DNA from: an uncultured Acidobacteriaceae bacterium
Lineage (GTDB): Bacteria; Acidobacteriota; Terriglobia; Terriglobales; Acidobacteriaceae
NCBI GenBank assembly: GCA_963790505.1
Contig: CAWBOT010000004.1
Coordinates: forward strand, 1,132,225-1,196,224
Direction of reading: 5' to 3'
DNA: 64,000 bases
Shown here: in pieces, positions 38,520-49,625 of the stretch
Position numbering within the stretch: position 1 is the first letter of the stretch
How the letters are laid out: every line of letters starts with the position of its first letter
Notes under the pieces: model-generated
Seen by the model: only the letters and a program-made list of their open reading frames with translations
What the model was told of the DNA's origin: nothing
Databases searched by the model: none
Made by a program: the position numbers and the translations under genes

Positions 38520-39092
38520 ATGAAGCAAATGCGGGTCATATCCGGAATTTACCGCTCCCGGCTCCTCATAGCACCGCCCGGATTGGCGACGCGGCCCACC
38601 GGCGACCGTCTGCGCGAAAGCCTGTTCAACATCCTGGGCCCGCGCATTCCCCGAGCGGCTTTTGCCGACCTTTACGCCGGCTCCGGCGCTAACGGCATCG
38701 AGGCTATCAGCCGGGGTGCGGGCCTGGTGTTTTTTGTCGAGAACGCGCCGCTGCCAATGGAGGCGCTCCGGCTGAATCTGAAATCGTTGGGCATCGTGTC
38801 GGGCTACGGACTCGAGCCGCGCAGCGTCTCGTCTTTTCTACGCAGACTTGCGCAAGGGATGCAGAAGCTGGACATCGTCTTCCTCGATCCGCCATACGAA
38901 GCCACCGAAGAATATGCAGTCACGCTGGATTTGCTCGGGGGCGAATGCGCCTCGCTTCTAACGTCCGAATCGATTGTGATTGCGGAACACCGCCGCAAGC
39001 AGCCGCTCGCTGAGCGCTATGGGCAGTTGGCGCGCTATCGGGTGAAGGAACAAGGCGATGCCGCGCTGAGTTTCTTTGCAATTGGAGGCTGA
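38520..39092 (+). CDS. rsmD: 16S rRNA (guanine966-N2)-methyltransferase
   Basis: MRVISG..R.L..P......RPT.DR.RE.LFN, DLYAGSGANGIEAISRGA, and LDPPY. The listed ORF is open from 38325. Confidence 0.9.
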   Translation: MKQMRVISGIYRSRLLIAPPGLATRPTGDRLRESLFNILGPRIPRAAFADLYAGSGANGIEAISRGAGLVFFVENAPLPMEALRLNLKSLGIVSGYGLEPRSVSSFLRRLAQGMQKLDIVFLDPPYEATEEYAVTLDLLGGECASLLTSESIVIAEHRRKQPLAERYGQLARYRVKEQGDAALSFFAIGG

Positions 39093-39099
39093 GGCTCTA

Positions 39100-39684
39100 T
39101 CAGCCGAGCCGAACGTGATTTCCAGTCAACAGATCCACCTCAAACTTGAACTCTCGGTCGGTCATCAGGTCCCATCCCAGTCCCGTCAAAATATGTCCGC
39201 GAGTCTCGAGGATTTCGAAGCCCTCCCATGAAAGCCGGTCGGTCTGCCAGGCCTTTCCGTTGTGCCCGTACGCCGTAAGCGAATGGTGTCCAGAGAAAAG
39301 TAACAGTCGCTGTGACAGGATTGCGGTCACGGCGAGGACAGGGCGATATTCGACCATCTGCCACTCTTGCGGGTTCGCCGTATCGACCAAGTAGGCGTAA
39401 CCGCCGGCGACGGCGCAGAGCCATTGCGGATTGGGACAGCTCCATATGCCGGTCGGCACGGCGGGGTCGGCGTATCCGAGGGCAAAGGTGGCGAGAAACT
39501 CGCCCTGGCCGGTCGAAGGCCGGATCATGAGTTCCAACGCGCCGCGCTCGACTTCCTCGACTTCGCGGGGGTAGATGAAATGGCGTGGTGGATAGATGAG
39601 TGGGCGCTGCGCGAGAGCGGTGGCCTGCCAATCGTGGGGAAAGGTAAGATCGACTGTTGGCGCTGAGTTGTTGGGCTGCTGCAT
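39100..39684 (-). CDS. hypothetical protein
   Basis: 194-aa ORF with GC3-rich codons. No recognisable motif. Confidence 0.55.
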   Translation of the reverse strand: MQQPNNSAPTVDLTFPHDWQATALAQRPLIYPPRHFIYPREVEEVERGALELMIRPSTGQGEFLATFALGYADPAVPTGIWSCPNPQWLCAVAGGYAYLVDTANPQEWQMVEYRPVLAVTAILSQRLLLFSGHHSLTAYGHNGKAWQTDRLSWEGFEILETRGHILTGLGWDLMTDREFKFEVDLLTGNHVRLG

Positions 39685-39732
39685 CTAAATCATTGTTTCG
39701 GAAATTGGGTCAGGAAAGGAAATCCAGTAATT

Positions 39733-40157
39733 ATGAAAGCTATTTATACCGCAGAGGTGACTTCGGTTGGCGGCCGCAATGGGCATGTGGAAAGCTCCGA
39801 TGGGGTTCTCAAGCTCGACCTTAGTTACCCTCCGATGGATGGGTCGACACCCACCAAGACGAACCCGGAGCAACTCTTTGCCGCTGGCTACGCCGCCTGT
39901 TTCACCGGCGCGATCATGCACGTCGCGCCTACCCCAAGCCTAATCCGAACGAGATTCGGATCGTGAATAAGGTAACGCTGGGCACCGACGATGCGGGGGG
40001 CTTTTTGCTGGCTGCGCATCTTGATGTAACTATTCCTTCGGTTGACCAGGCGACGGCCGAGAAGCTGGTCGAAGCCGCTCACCAGGTCTGCCCTTATTCG
40101 GTGGCCACTCGAGGCAATATTGAGGTCAAGCTCACGGCGCATGGCGGGAAGGGCTAG
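39733..40157 (+). pseudogene. ohr: Ohr/OsmC-family organic hydroperoxide resistance protein, frameshifted
   Basis: N-terminal half with NPEQLFAAGYAACF is in ORF 39733..39966. C-terminal half with AHQVCPYSVATRGNI is in ORF 39963..40157. The frames change around 39920-39962, which contains a cccc run. Confidence 0.8.
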
Positions 40158-40208
40158 CTGCCACTCTTTTCGCCGATCATAAATGCAAGTGGAGGAATCG
40201 CTGACACC

Positions 40209-40248
40209 GCAGATTCCTTCACTCCGCTACGCTACGGTCGGAATGACA
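40209..40248 (-). repeat. short intergenic repeat, TGTCAT...ATCTGC family
   Basis: The reverse complement reads tgtcattccgaccgtagcgtagcggagtgaaggaatctgc. Confidence 0.6.
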
Positions 40249-40297
40249 ACTGTCAGGATTGCTGACCTCGACAAGAGTGTGAGTCTAACGCGAGTCC

Positions 40298-41906
<1,609 letters not shown>

Positions 41907-41965
41907 TCACCGAAAGGTTCTACACTGAAAGTGCCAGGTGTGAGGTTTTGGCTCGGAGGCCGACT

Positions 41966-42310
41966 ATGGAAGGTTTGTGGACGATTGAGTTTGGAAGCAG
42001 CGAAGGGGTCTATGGTGGAGGCGTCGTCGTCTTTACCGGCGGCAAAATCATGGGCGGAGATGCTGCCTACTACTACACGGGCTCGTATGCCATGGCCGAT
42101 CACGATTCTTTTGAAGCCAAACTCCGCATTAAGCCTTTCATCGATGGTGTTCCCAGCGTTTTTAACACGCTTCGTAAGGATTTCACCCTAAATCTGAAGG
42201 GAACAGTCAAAGACGCAGACCACGCCATCGCTCAAGGGGTGCCATCTGAGATGCCGGGGATGGATTTGGGAATCGTCCTGACGAGGCGCGAAGTGGCTGC
42301 GGCTGCTTAG
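41966..42310 (+). CDS. GrlR-like small beta-barrel protein
   Basis: MEGLWTIEFGSSEGVYGGGVVVFTGGKIMGGDAAYYYTGSY... matches the GrlR-family pattern as I remember it. GGAGG lies 6 nt upstream of the ATG at 41966. Confidence 0.6.
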   Translation: MEGLWTIEFGSSEGVYGGGVVVFTGGKIMGGDAAYYYTGSYAMADHDSFEAKLRIKPFIDGVPSVFNTLRKDFTLNLKGTVKDADHAIAQGVPSEMPGMDLGIVLTRREVAAAA

Positions 42311-42322
42311 GCGCATCGGGTC

Positions 42323-43048
42323 ATGCCAGAGATAGCCGATCGATCAAATGCGAATAGCCTCGATGCCGTCCTAGCCGATTTCGATGCAAGGGGGGAGCAC
42401 TTTAACAGCCTTTGCCGAGAGACACGCGGTCTGCTCGAAAGACTTCTGGCCTCTAAAGGCCTTTCAGTCCAGTCCATTCAACATAGGGTAAAGGGGCGGG
42501 ATAAAGTAGCGACGAAATACAAGGACCCAGCCAAGAGCTATGTGAAACTGACCGACATTACAGATCTGGTCGGTTTTCGCTTAATTACCTATTATGAGGA
42601 CGAGGTTGACGGGATCGCGGAATTTATTCGGGAGCAGTTTGTCGCTGATTCAAGATCAAACGACGCTCGGGCAAGGAGCGTCGACAGCTTTGGCTATCAT
42701 GCGTTGAATTTAGTTTGCTCTTACACCCAGAGCCGCTTAGCGCTTCCCGAACACAGGGCCTTTACGGGAGACTGCTTTGAAATTCAGGTCACCTCCATCC
42801 TGCGTCACGCCTGGTCGGAGATGGAACATAGCTGGTACGACCTGAGGGGCGATTCCCCAGAGAAAGTGAAGCGCCGGTATGCACGCTTGGCCGCGCTGCT
42901 GGAGATTGCCGAAGATGAATTCCAAGATCTGCGAAAGCTGCAACGAGACTTCAAGGAATCGACGGAACTCCGATTGAAGGCTGGAGTATCGGCTATTAAC
43001 GCAGGTTCTTCCGGGACACTCATTGACCAGGATTCGCCGTCCTCTTAG
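42323..43048 (+). CDS. stand-alone RelA/SpoT-domain (small alarmone synthetase-like) protein
   Basis: HRVKGRDKVATK, ITDLVGFRLITYYEDEV, FGYHALNLV, and FEIQVTSILRHAWSEMEH correspond to synthetase motifs RVK / DxxGxR / GYxSxH / EIQIRTxxxHxWA. It starts 12 nt after the GrlR-like gene. Confidence 0.75.
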   Translation: MPEIADRSNANSLDAVLADFDARGEHFNSLCRETRGLLERLLASKGLSVQSIQHRVKGRDKVATKYKDPAKSYVKLTDITDLVGFRLITYYEDEVDGIAEFIREQFVADSRSNDARARSVDSFGYHALNLVCSYTQSRLALPEHRAFTGDCFEIQVTSILRHAWSEMEHSWYDLRGDSPEKVKRRYARLAALLEIAEDEFQDLRKLQRDFKESTELRLKAGVSAINAGSSGTLIDQDSPSS

Positions 43049-43049
43049 G

Positions 43050-44156
43050 CTAAAAGTGGCGATTTAGGAAATGCTCCCAGCCACTGGCGCGGAGCTCGAT
43101 GGAAGGCTGGTTCCGCCGTGTGAGAGTGACGGTTGGCGCGCTCTTCTGCCGCTTGCTCATTCTTCCGATGACGCGAATCGCGATGCCGCCGATGTTCGCT
43201 GGGATTTTGGTTTTGGCTGGCGCTGTGAAGAGGAGCTCATAGTCTTCGCCCCCGTGGAGGGCGAGGTCGAGGGCAGATGGGGTCCAGCCAGCGGCTTGGG
43301 CGAGGCGGGCCATGGGGTGGACGGGAATCGCAGCGGCGTCGATCTCGGCGGCGAGGTTGGATTCTTCGCAGAGGTGGCGCAAGTCGGAGGACAAACCGTC
43401 GCTGAGATCAATGCAGGCGGTGGCGAGGCGCTGACTCACGAGCTGGCGTCCGATGTCGATGCGGGCTTCGGGGTAGAAATGTGGGTGTCCTGAAGCAGCG
43501 GCCTTCAGCTTCGCGAATTTCTTTGGCTTGCGCTCCAGGGCGAGCAACTCCGCTGCAGAACCGCCAAGACCGGGCCCGGTGACGTAAATGAGGTCGCCGG
43601 CCTGGGCACCGGCGCGCAACAGAGCCCGTTTGCGTTTCACTCCGCCGATGAGAACGATGTCAGCGGCGACCAACCCGCCCACTCCAGTCACAGACGGGGA
43701 CTCAGCCGTGTCTCCGCCGGCGAGCGAGACCTGCATTTGGTCGGCCAGGGCGAGCAGGCCGTTGAGGAAACGGTCTGTCCAGCTTGGCTGGCCGCGCCGA
43801 CCGACGGTCAATTCGCGTGGTACCGCAAGCGACAGGAAGGTGGCGATCGGGCGCGCCCCCATGGCGGCGAGATCGCTCAGTCCGCGCGCAAGACAGCGGT
43901 GGCCGACTGACTCGGGCGGGTGCCAATCGCGTCTAAAGTGCACATTCTCAAGGGAGAAGTCGGTGGTGACGGCAATCTCCTCGCCTGCGGCGGGGCGAAG
44001 CAGGGCGCAGTCATCGCCGATTCCAAGACGCAAGTCTCGAGAAATGCTCTTGTTCCTGGCGCGTAGGGCGGAGATGAGCGCAAGTTCTCCGCCAGGCTGG
44101 GCGCCGCCGCGGTCATCTTGTTTCAACGCTCTAGAGATAAGGCTCGCCATTATCAC
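43050..44156 (-). CDS. thiL: thiamine-monophosphate kinase
   Basis: LRLGIGDDCALL, AIR-synthase-like repeats, and GGDTA. Confidence 0.85.
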   Translation of the reverse strand: MIMASLISRALKQDDRGGAQPGGELALISALRARNKSISRDLRLGIGDDCALLRPAAGEEIAVTTDFSLENVHFRRDWHPPESVGHRCLARGLSDLAAMGARPIATFLSLAVPRELTVGRRGQPSWTDRFLNGLLALADQMQVSLAGGDTAESPSVTGVGGLVAADIVLIGGVKRKRALLRAGAQAGDLIYVTGPGLGGSAAELLALERKPKKFAKLKAAASGHPHFYPEARIDIGRQLVSQRLATACIDLSDGLSSDLRHLCEESNLAAEIDAAAIPVHPMARLAQAAGWTPSALDLALHGGEDYELLFTAPAKTKIPANIGGIAIRVIGRMSKRQKSAPTVTLTRRNQPSIELRASGWEHFLNRHF

Positions 44157-44194
44157 TGTTCCGAACTGGAATTATCGAGGAATTTACGGAACGT

Positions 44195-45355
44195 TTGCCC
44201 ATTTTCCGCATCCGGATACGTCGACTTTCATTGACCCTCATCCGTCCCTCTGTTAGCGTCGTTGGTAGACCTACGTCCAAAGCGAAGTGGTTCATATCGA
44301 GCGATTTGCTCGGTCGTGCTCCGCTGGCGGCGTTAGTTCCCTCAAGACGCGGGACGTCAAATACGAAGTCGAGAGTCCGATTGCGCAATCGTTATTACAT
44401 CATTTTTGTCGCGCGCGAAGAGGATGGCCGGGTCCGGAAGATTCCGATTCCCCTTCGCTATGCGTATGTTTTTGTAGCCGCCGCGGTCGTCGGCGCCTTC
44501 ACTTTAACCGGTCTGGCAGGATCCTACTCCAGGATGCTGCTGAAGACCTCGCACTTCAACGAGGTGCGATCGCAGAACGAAGTGATCCGGAAAGACTATC
44601 TCCAGATGGAGAAGGTCGCCCATCAGAAGGATGTTCAGGCGGCTTCTCTCGGTTCGCTGGCGAGCGAGGTCAGCGCCCTCTACGGCCTCACCCAGAGCAA
44701 GCTGGGCGGATCGAAGCACGCGGTCGCAATGGCTCCGGTCGCCGCAACGAGCAACGCCGCCGATACCGATTCTTTGACCGACCAGGGCTATCACCAGTCG
44801 CTCGACCAGCTTTACGCGCTCCGCATGACCGCGCTCTCTGGACGCCTGACGCCGGCCTTTAGCCCTCGCGGCTTCTCAACAGCGGGTACCTGGCTCGGAT
44901 TGGCGGATGCACCGTCTCTATGGCCGGTCATCGGCAAGGTCACCAGCTCGTTTGGCCAGCGGGAAGATCCCTTCAATGGAGAAGGGGCATTTCATGCCGG
45001 AATCGACATCTCGGCGCCATTCGGTGAGCCGATTCACGCCACGGGCGATGGTTTCGTCGAGTTTGCCGACCGCACGAGCGGCTACGGCCGAGAGGTCATC
45101 CTCGACCACGGCCATGGGCTGAAGACGGTGTACGGCCACATGTCAGGCTTTGCAGTTACTGCCGGCGATCAGGTGCGCCGTGGCCAGGTGATCGGCTACA
45201 TCGGATTGTCTGGGCGCAGCACCGGTCCACATGTGCATTACGAGGTCCGCATCCAGAACATACCTGTCAATCCCCACAAGTACCTGCGGATGACCATGGA
45301 CCAGATGGACACGGCGGATGCCAAGCCGGTCGATACGGTAGGCGGCGGGTCATAA
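44195..45355 (+). CDS. M23-family peptidoglycan metalloendopeptidase
   Basis: FHAGIDISAP...GYGREVILDHGHGLKTVYGHM...STGPHVHYEV. The start is uncertain; a TTG at 44381 (LRNRYYIIF...) is an alternative. Confidence 0.85.
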   Translation: MPIFRIRIRRLSLTLIRPSVSVVGRPTSKAKWFISSDLLGRAPLAALVPSRRGTSNTKSRVRLRNRYYIIFVAREEDGRVRKIPIPLRYAYVFVAAAVVGAFTLTGLAGSYSRMLLKTSHFNEVRSQNEVIRKDYLQMEKVAHQKDVQAASLGSLASEVSALYGLTQSKLGGSKHAVAMAPVAATSNAADTDSLTDQGYHQSLDQLYALRMTALSGRLTPAFSPRGFSTAGTWLGLADAPSLWPVIGKVTSSFGQREDPFNGEGAFHAGIDISAPFGEPIHATGDGFVEFADRTSGYGREVILDHGHGLKTVYGHMSGFAVTAGDQVRRGQVIGYIGLSGRSTGPHVHYEVRIQNIPVNPHKYLRMTMDQMDTADAKPVDTVGGGS

Positions 45356-45378
45356 ATCGTTGAGCCATGAAAAAGTTA

Positions 45379-45412
45379 AAGGCCGCCAGTGTTGGCGGCC
45401 TTCACTGTTTTT
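45379..45412. terminator. bidirectional rho-independent terminator
   Basis: AAGGCCGCCA-gtgt-TGGCGGCCTT with T-runs on both strands, between convergent genes. Confidence 0.75.
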
Positions 45413-45421
45413 GAAGGAAAG

Positions 45422-46774
45422 CTATTGGCCAGATGAGGCCGTGGAGGTTCCGGTGTAGCTGACGTGCCAGATCGACCCTGATCCGTCGTCGGAGACGAAG
45501 AGGGAACCGTCCGGGGCGACGGCAACGCCTACGGGACGACCCCAGACGTCTCCGCCAGAGGTAACGAATCCTGTGAGGAAGTCTTCGTATTCGCCGGTTG
45601 CTTTGCCGTCTTTGACAGGCACGCGAATCACTTCATACCCGGCGCGCTTGGACTTGTTCCATGAACCGTGCTCTGAGGCGAAGATGTCTCCCTTGTAAGC
45701 GGCGGGGAATTCCGACCCCTCATAAAACGTCATTTCGAGCGAAGCGAAGTGGGGCTGCAGAAGCACGTCGGGGACGATCGCTTTCCCGTTCAATTCCGGG
45801 TGCTTGCCTGCGAGGCGCGGATCCTGGTTGCTGCCCATGTAGTACCACGGCCAGCCGTAGAATCCATCCTCCTGCACGTGGGTGATGTAGTCGGGGACGA
45901 GGTTGTCGCCGAGCTGATCGCGCTCGTTGGTGGAGCACCAGAGCTGGCCAGTCTCGGGCTGAATCGCCTCGCCAACACAGTTGCGGATTCCTGACGCGTA
46001 GACCTTGACGAATTTGCCTTCGGGAGTGAATTCCAGCACGTCGGCGCGATGAAGCTCTTCGGGATGAGTGTCAGGATCGTCGACATTTGAGTGCGAGCCG
46101 ACAGAGACGAACATCCGCTTGCCGTCCTGCGAGAAGACGATGTCGCGGGTCCAGTGACCGCCTCCGCGCAGACGGCCGCCGCCGGGGAGATCGGCCAGCT
46201 TTTCAGCCGGGGCGCTGGCTTTGAGATCGCCATTCTTGTAGGCATAGCGAACCACGGTGTCGGTGTTGCCGATATAGAGCCATTTGGGATTGGGTCCGAG
46301 CGGGTAGAAGGCGATGCCAAAGGGCTGAGCCAGGCCGGTGGCAAAGACGCCCGCCTCCTTCGGCTTGCCGCTGGCATCGACTCCGCGATAGACGCGAATG
46401 GTGCCGCTGTCGGGCTTGCGGTCGACTTCACTCTCGGCGACGAAGAGGTCACCATTCGGGGCGAAGCGTATCAGGCGGGGCGCGATGCCGGTTACGTATT
46501 GATCGACCTTGAAGCCGGCCGGGGCCTTCGGCCATGCGTCTGCCGGTTTTGGGACTAGCTTGGGGCCATTGTCGACGGAAGTCGTCGCATAAGGCGCCGG
46601 CAAATCGGCGACGGTCACTTTGCGACGGGTTCCCGGAACCTCCTGCGAATAGTCGGTGAAGGCGGCTTTTCCAGTAATTGTGGGCTGGCTGGGGGGGCCG
46701 TCAGCGGCGAGCAGAGGGAGTCCAGCGGCAATCAGGGTCAGGGTGGCAAGGGTGAGATGGCGTCGAGCGGTCAT
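45422..46774 (-). CDS. PQQ-dependent sugar (sorbosone/glucose) dehydrogenase-like propeller protein, secreted
   Basis: Signal peptide. The pattern ...FAPNGDLFVAE...GGHWTRDI...GIRN..G...WCSTNERD.LGD..PDY matches the soluble sugar dehydrogenase family. Confidence 0.65.
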   Translation of the reverse strand: MTARRHLTLATLTLIAAGLPLLAADGPPSQPTITGKAAFTDYSQEVPGTRRKVTVADLPAPYATTSVDNGPKLVPKPADAWPKAPAGFKVDQYVTGIAPRLIRFAPNGDLFVAESEVDRKPDSGTIRVYRGVDASGKPKEAGVFATGLAQPFGIAFYPLGPNPKWLYIGNTDTVVRYAYKNGDLKASAPAEKLADLPGGGRLRGGGHWTRDIVFSQDGKRMFVSVGSHSNVDDPDTHPEELHRADVLEFTPEGKFVKVYASGIRNCVGEAIQPETGQLWCSTNERDQLGDNLVPDYITHVQEDGFYGWPWYYMGSNQDPRLAGKHPELNGKAIVPDVLLQPHFASLEMTFYEGSEFPAAYKGDIFASEHGSWNKSKRAGYEVIRVPVKDGKATGEYEDFLTGFVTSGGDVWGRPVGVAVAPDGSLFVSDDGSGSIWHVSYTGTSTASSGQ

Positions 46775-46857
46775 GCTTCCTCCGGAGATCGGGGATAGGT
46801 ATGCGAATTGGACGGTTAATCGGTTTACTTAGTTGAATTAATTTTTGCTTGCAACAA

Positions 46858-47889
46858 TTAAGGCTGGGTCTTGTCGTCGGGAGCAGCCAGCTTTTGCAGG
46901 ATGGTCAGTGGGATGGTCGCCGTCACAACCGCCCGGTCATTATGATGCTCGATTTCGACGCTGTTGAGCAGGGCTTTGGTATCCGGACTGGTGATTGCGT
47001 TGGGCAGGGCATTTTCAGCGGCCTTGAATATGCCGAGCAAGGCTTCAAGGGAGTCGGCGGAGAGACTAGCGGAGGCGCCGCTGGGCGCGATCTCCTCGAT
47101 TTTCAGGCGCACGCTGCCTGTCCAGCGCACAGAGGCGATGAAGGTGGCGTCGACGCTGAGAGGAATCTTGAAGCCGAAGATTTTGAAGTCGTCGCCAAAG
47201 CCGGCGGCGAGTTTGCCGAGTCCCCAGGCGAGAGAGAAGAGTGGAACTTCGTGGAAGCGCTGCGCGAGCAGAGAATTGCCTGAAAAGGGCAAAAGCGCGG
47301 TCCGTTGGCGGTCGAGGATAGAGTGGATCTGCTCCGCGGTGGGGGTGTTCGAGACGGCTACTTTGTTTGAGCCGAGGATGGCGACGCGATCGACGCGTCC
47401 GTCGATGGCGATGTTGTAGATGTCGTGACCGGCGTAGCGTTCTTTCGATTGCGCGAGGCCTTCGAGGTAGGTTTCAAGCCGCGTGTGATCGAATCTGCCG
47501 ACGAAGATGCTGGAGAAGGCTACGGGGCCGTTCGGCCCTAGCGGATTCGACATGCGATGCGTGGCAAAGGCGGCCTCGTCGAGGTCGCGCTCGAACTGAA
47601 TCCCGGTGGAGTCGATGAAATGCTGGTAATCCGGGTCGTGCTGAACGGGATGGGCGTCGAAGTTGACGACCGCGCGCATGGGGGCGACATCGACGTAGAC
47701 GATGCCGTCGGACTCGGGCAGCAGCCGGGCGGCTTCGGGAGGGGCGTTTTTGCGCAGGAACAGTAACCCGCTGATGAGCAAGACGACCAATCCGGTCGTG
47801 AGGAGCGTCGTTTTCACCCAGCGGCGGCGCAAGAAGGCGCGCTTAGCTGGGACCGCCGGCGCAACGGCGCTTTCTCCTGCCTCCACCAT
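46858..47889 (-). CDS. membrane-anchored hypothetical protein
   Basis: 343-aa ORF with one N-terminal TM helix (TTLLTTGLVVLLISGLLFL). Confidence 0.6.
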   Translation of the reverse strand: MVEAGESAVAPAVPAKRAFLRRRWVKTTLLTTGLVVLLISGLLFLRKNAPPEAARLLPESDGIVYVDVAPMRAVVNFDAHPVQHDPDYQHFIDSTGIQFERDLDEAAFATHRMSNPLGPNGPVAFSSIFVGRFDHTRLETYLEGLAQSKERYAGHDIYNIAIDGRVDRVAILGSNKVAVSNTPTAEQIHSILDRQRTALLPFSGNSLLAQRFHEVPLFSLAWGLGKLAAGFGDDFKIFGFKIPLSVDATFIASVRWTGSVRLKIEEIAPSGASASLSADSLEALLGIFKAAENALPNAITSPDTKALLNSVEIEHHNDRAVVTATIPLTILQKLAAPDDKTQP

Positions 47890-48007
47890 AAAACGAACCT
47901 ACCACATTGGGTCGGGCACGATTTGACCGCACGGAAGGCGAGAGCGGTCGCCCTGTAACCTGCTGCAGCGACGAGGCATCCCACTCGACAGAGGATAAGA
48001 AGGCACA

Positions 48008-48313
48008 ATGGACAAGTTCGCGATCTGGGCACAACTCGAAGCAAAACCCGGCAAAGAGGCGGAAGTAGAAGCGTTTCTGAAATCAGCTCAACCTCTTGCC
48101 GAGCAAGAGCCAGGAACTACAACCTGGTATGCACTGAAGATTGGCCCGGGGAAGTACGGAATTTTCGATACATTCGCCGATGAAAATGGTCGCAACGCCC
48201 ACCTTACAGGGGAGATCGCCAAGGCGCTGTTCGCCAAAGCAGAAGAGCTTTTTGCCAAGGCTCCGGAGATCGATAAGCCCGAGATTCTCGCGGCGAAGGT
48301 GCCTTCAGCCTGA
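48008..48313 (+). CDS. ABM-domain (putative monooxygenase) protein
   Basis: 101 aa, a ferredoxin-like ABM pattern (FAIWAQLEAKPGKEAEVEAFL...WYALKIG..KYGIFDTF). Confidence 0.55.
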   Translation: MDKFAIWAQLEAKPGKEAEVEAFLKSAQPLAEQEPGTTTWYALKIGPGKYGIFDTFADENGRNAHLTGEIAKALFAKAEELFAKAPEIDKPEILAAKVPSA

Positions 48314-48438
48314 ATGGGTTTGCCGCTCCCCAGGCAGCGTTGCAGTGCGTCATCCAACGTGCTAATCTTTTAATTCGTGGCCTTGGCGCGACGAGGCTTT
48401 CGTGTGTCTGCCAAGCTACGAAATTGTGATGCAATCGG

Positions 48439-48514
<76 letters not shown>

Positions 48515-48679
48515 TAAGCGCCAGTATCGGGATGCTTTGGTTGTTACGTAGGGAGAATTGCCCGCAGGCGTCCGCCCACCTCAGTGACTCCAATGCCAGA
48601 TGAGTTCTGCTGACCGGAAATGTGACCGGTTGGCCTTTGGCTGATCGAATCATGCAGGAGGCGTGACTGCGGAAGATGT

Positions 48680-48766
48680 GCACAGGTGGCCGAGTGGTTA
48701 ATGGCAGCAGACTGTAAATCTGCCACTCTTCGAGTTACGGAGGTTCGAATCCTCCCCTGTGCACCA
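48680..48766 (+). tRNA. tRNA-Tyr (anticodon GTA)
   Basis: Acceptor GCACAGG/CCTGTGC, anticodon stem GCAGA/TCTGC with loop CTGTAAA, a long variable arm, T arm GGAGG-TTCGAAT-CCTCC, CCA. Confidence 0.9.
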
Positions 48767-48790
48767 GCTTTTTGAGCGGTTCGGACGGAA

Positions 48791-48968
48791 GTGATGTCGA
48801 GGGCGGCAAAGAAGTGGATCTCGCTCGCGATACTTGCCGGCCTGGCCGGGTTGGCGTGGTTCACGATGGAGCCGGGGAAGCTTCGGCTGGTCGTGATGGT
48901 GTTGATTGGAAGTTTTGCGCTGCGCATCGTGCTCGCGACCTCAGGTTCGCGATACGATGACAAGCAGG

Positions 48969-48973
<5 letters not shown>
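48791..48973 (+). CDS. possible small two-TM membrane protein between tRNA genes
   Basis: 60-aa ORF with two hydrophobic segments (WISLAILAGLAGLAWF, LVVMVLIGSFALRIVLA) and GC3-rich codons. It overlaps the next tRNA by 5 nt. Coding status is unproven. Confidence 0.3.
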
Positions 48974-49044
<71 letters not shown>

Positions 49045-49129
49045 GAGTTTGGCGGTAATTTCGGGCCAGTGTGGCGGGTCTGTTTTAAGGGCCCCGATAC
49101 TGGCCTTGTGGTGTGTTTTGGCGGTACGG

Positions 49130-49204
49130 GCGGGAGTAACTCAGTGGTAGAGTCACAGCCTTCCAAGCTGTTGGTCGCGGGTTCGATTCCCGTCTCCCGC
49201 TCCA
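49130..49204 (+). tRNA. tRNA-Gly (anticodon TCC)
   Basis: Acceptor GCGGGAG/CTCCCGC, anticodon stem ACAGC/GCTGT with loop CTTCCAA, T arm GCGGG-TTCGATT-CCCGT, CCA. Confidence 0.95.
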
Positions 49205-49258
49205 GATTGAAAGACGTGGGCCGGGCAGCGAAGTCCGGCGTAGCGGGAATGCGAGACG

Positions 49259-49573
49259 ATGGGAATGTTTGAGCAAGCAGTGCTTCCGGTTCAGGACGAG
49301 AAGACCTTTACGGGAGTAAGTGAGGCGCTGGGTCAGGCGTTTTCAGCCCGCAATGTGGAAGATTTCCTGCGCCGCGTGAAACGCTCCGGCCTGCGGGCCC
49401 GAGAGTTCGAGGCGGTCCTCAGCAAGGGGCTTCTCGGAAAAGAGACGCCGGCTCGATATGCCGCGTTAGGAAATGGCGATCAGGGGCAGATTCGTGAGAA
49501 GTATCTCTCGTTGGTCGAACAGGTCGCGCCGGAGTTGCGGGCGCAGTTTTTGAAGGTTTACGCGTACTACTGA
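49259..49573 (+). CDS. hypothetical protein between tRNA-Gly and tuf
   Basis: 104-aa ORF with GC3-rich codons. No motif recognised. Confidence 0.45.
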   Translation: MGMFEQAVLPVQDEKTFTGVSEALGQAFSARNVEDFLRRVKRSGLRAREFEAVLSKGLLGKETPARYAALGNGDQGQIREKYLSLVEQVAPELRAQFLKVYAYY

Positions 49574-49625
49574 GCGGGAAGCTAGGCGCTAACAGAATTT
49601 CAGTACAGACACGAAGGGGACGGGA

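Noticed and set aside
48544-48963. 139-aa minus-strand ORF across the tRNA cluster
   Set aside because: It overlaps tRNA-Tyr on the opposite strand and has no supporting features.
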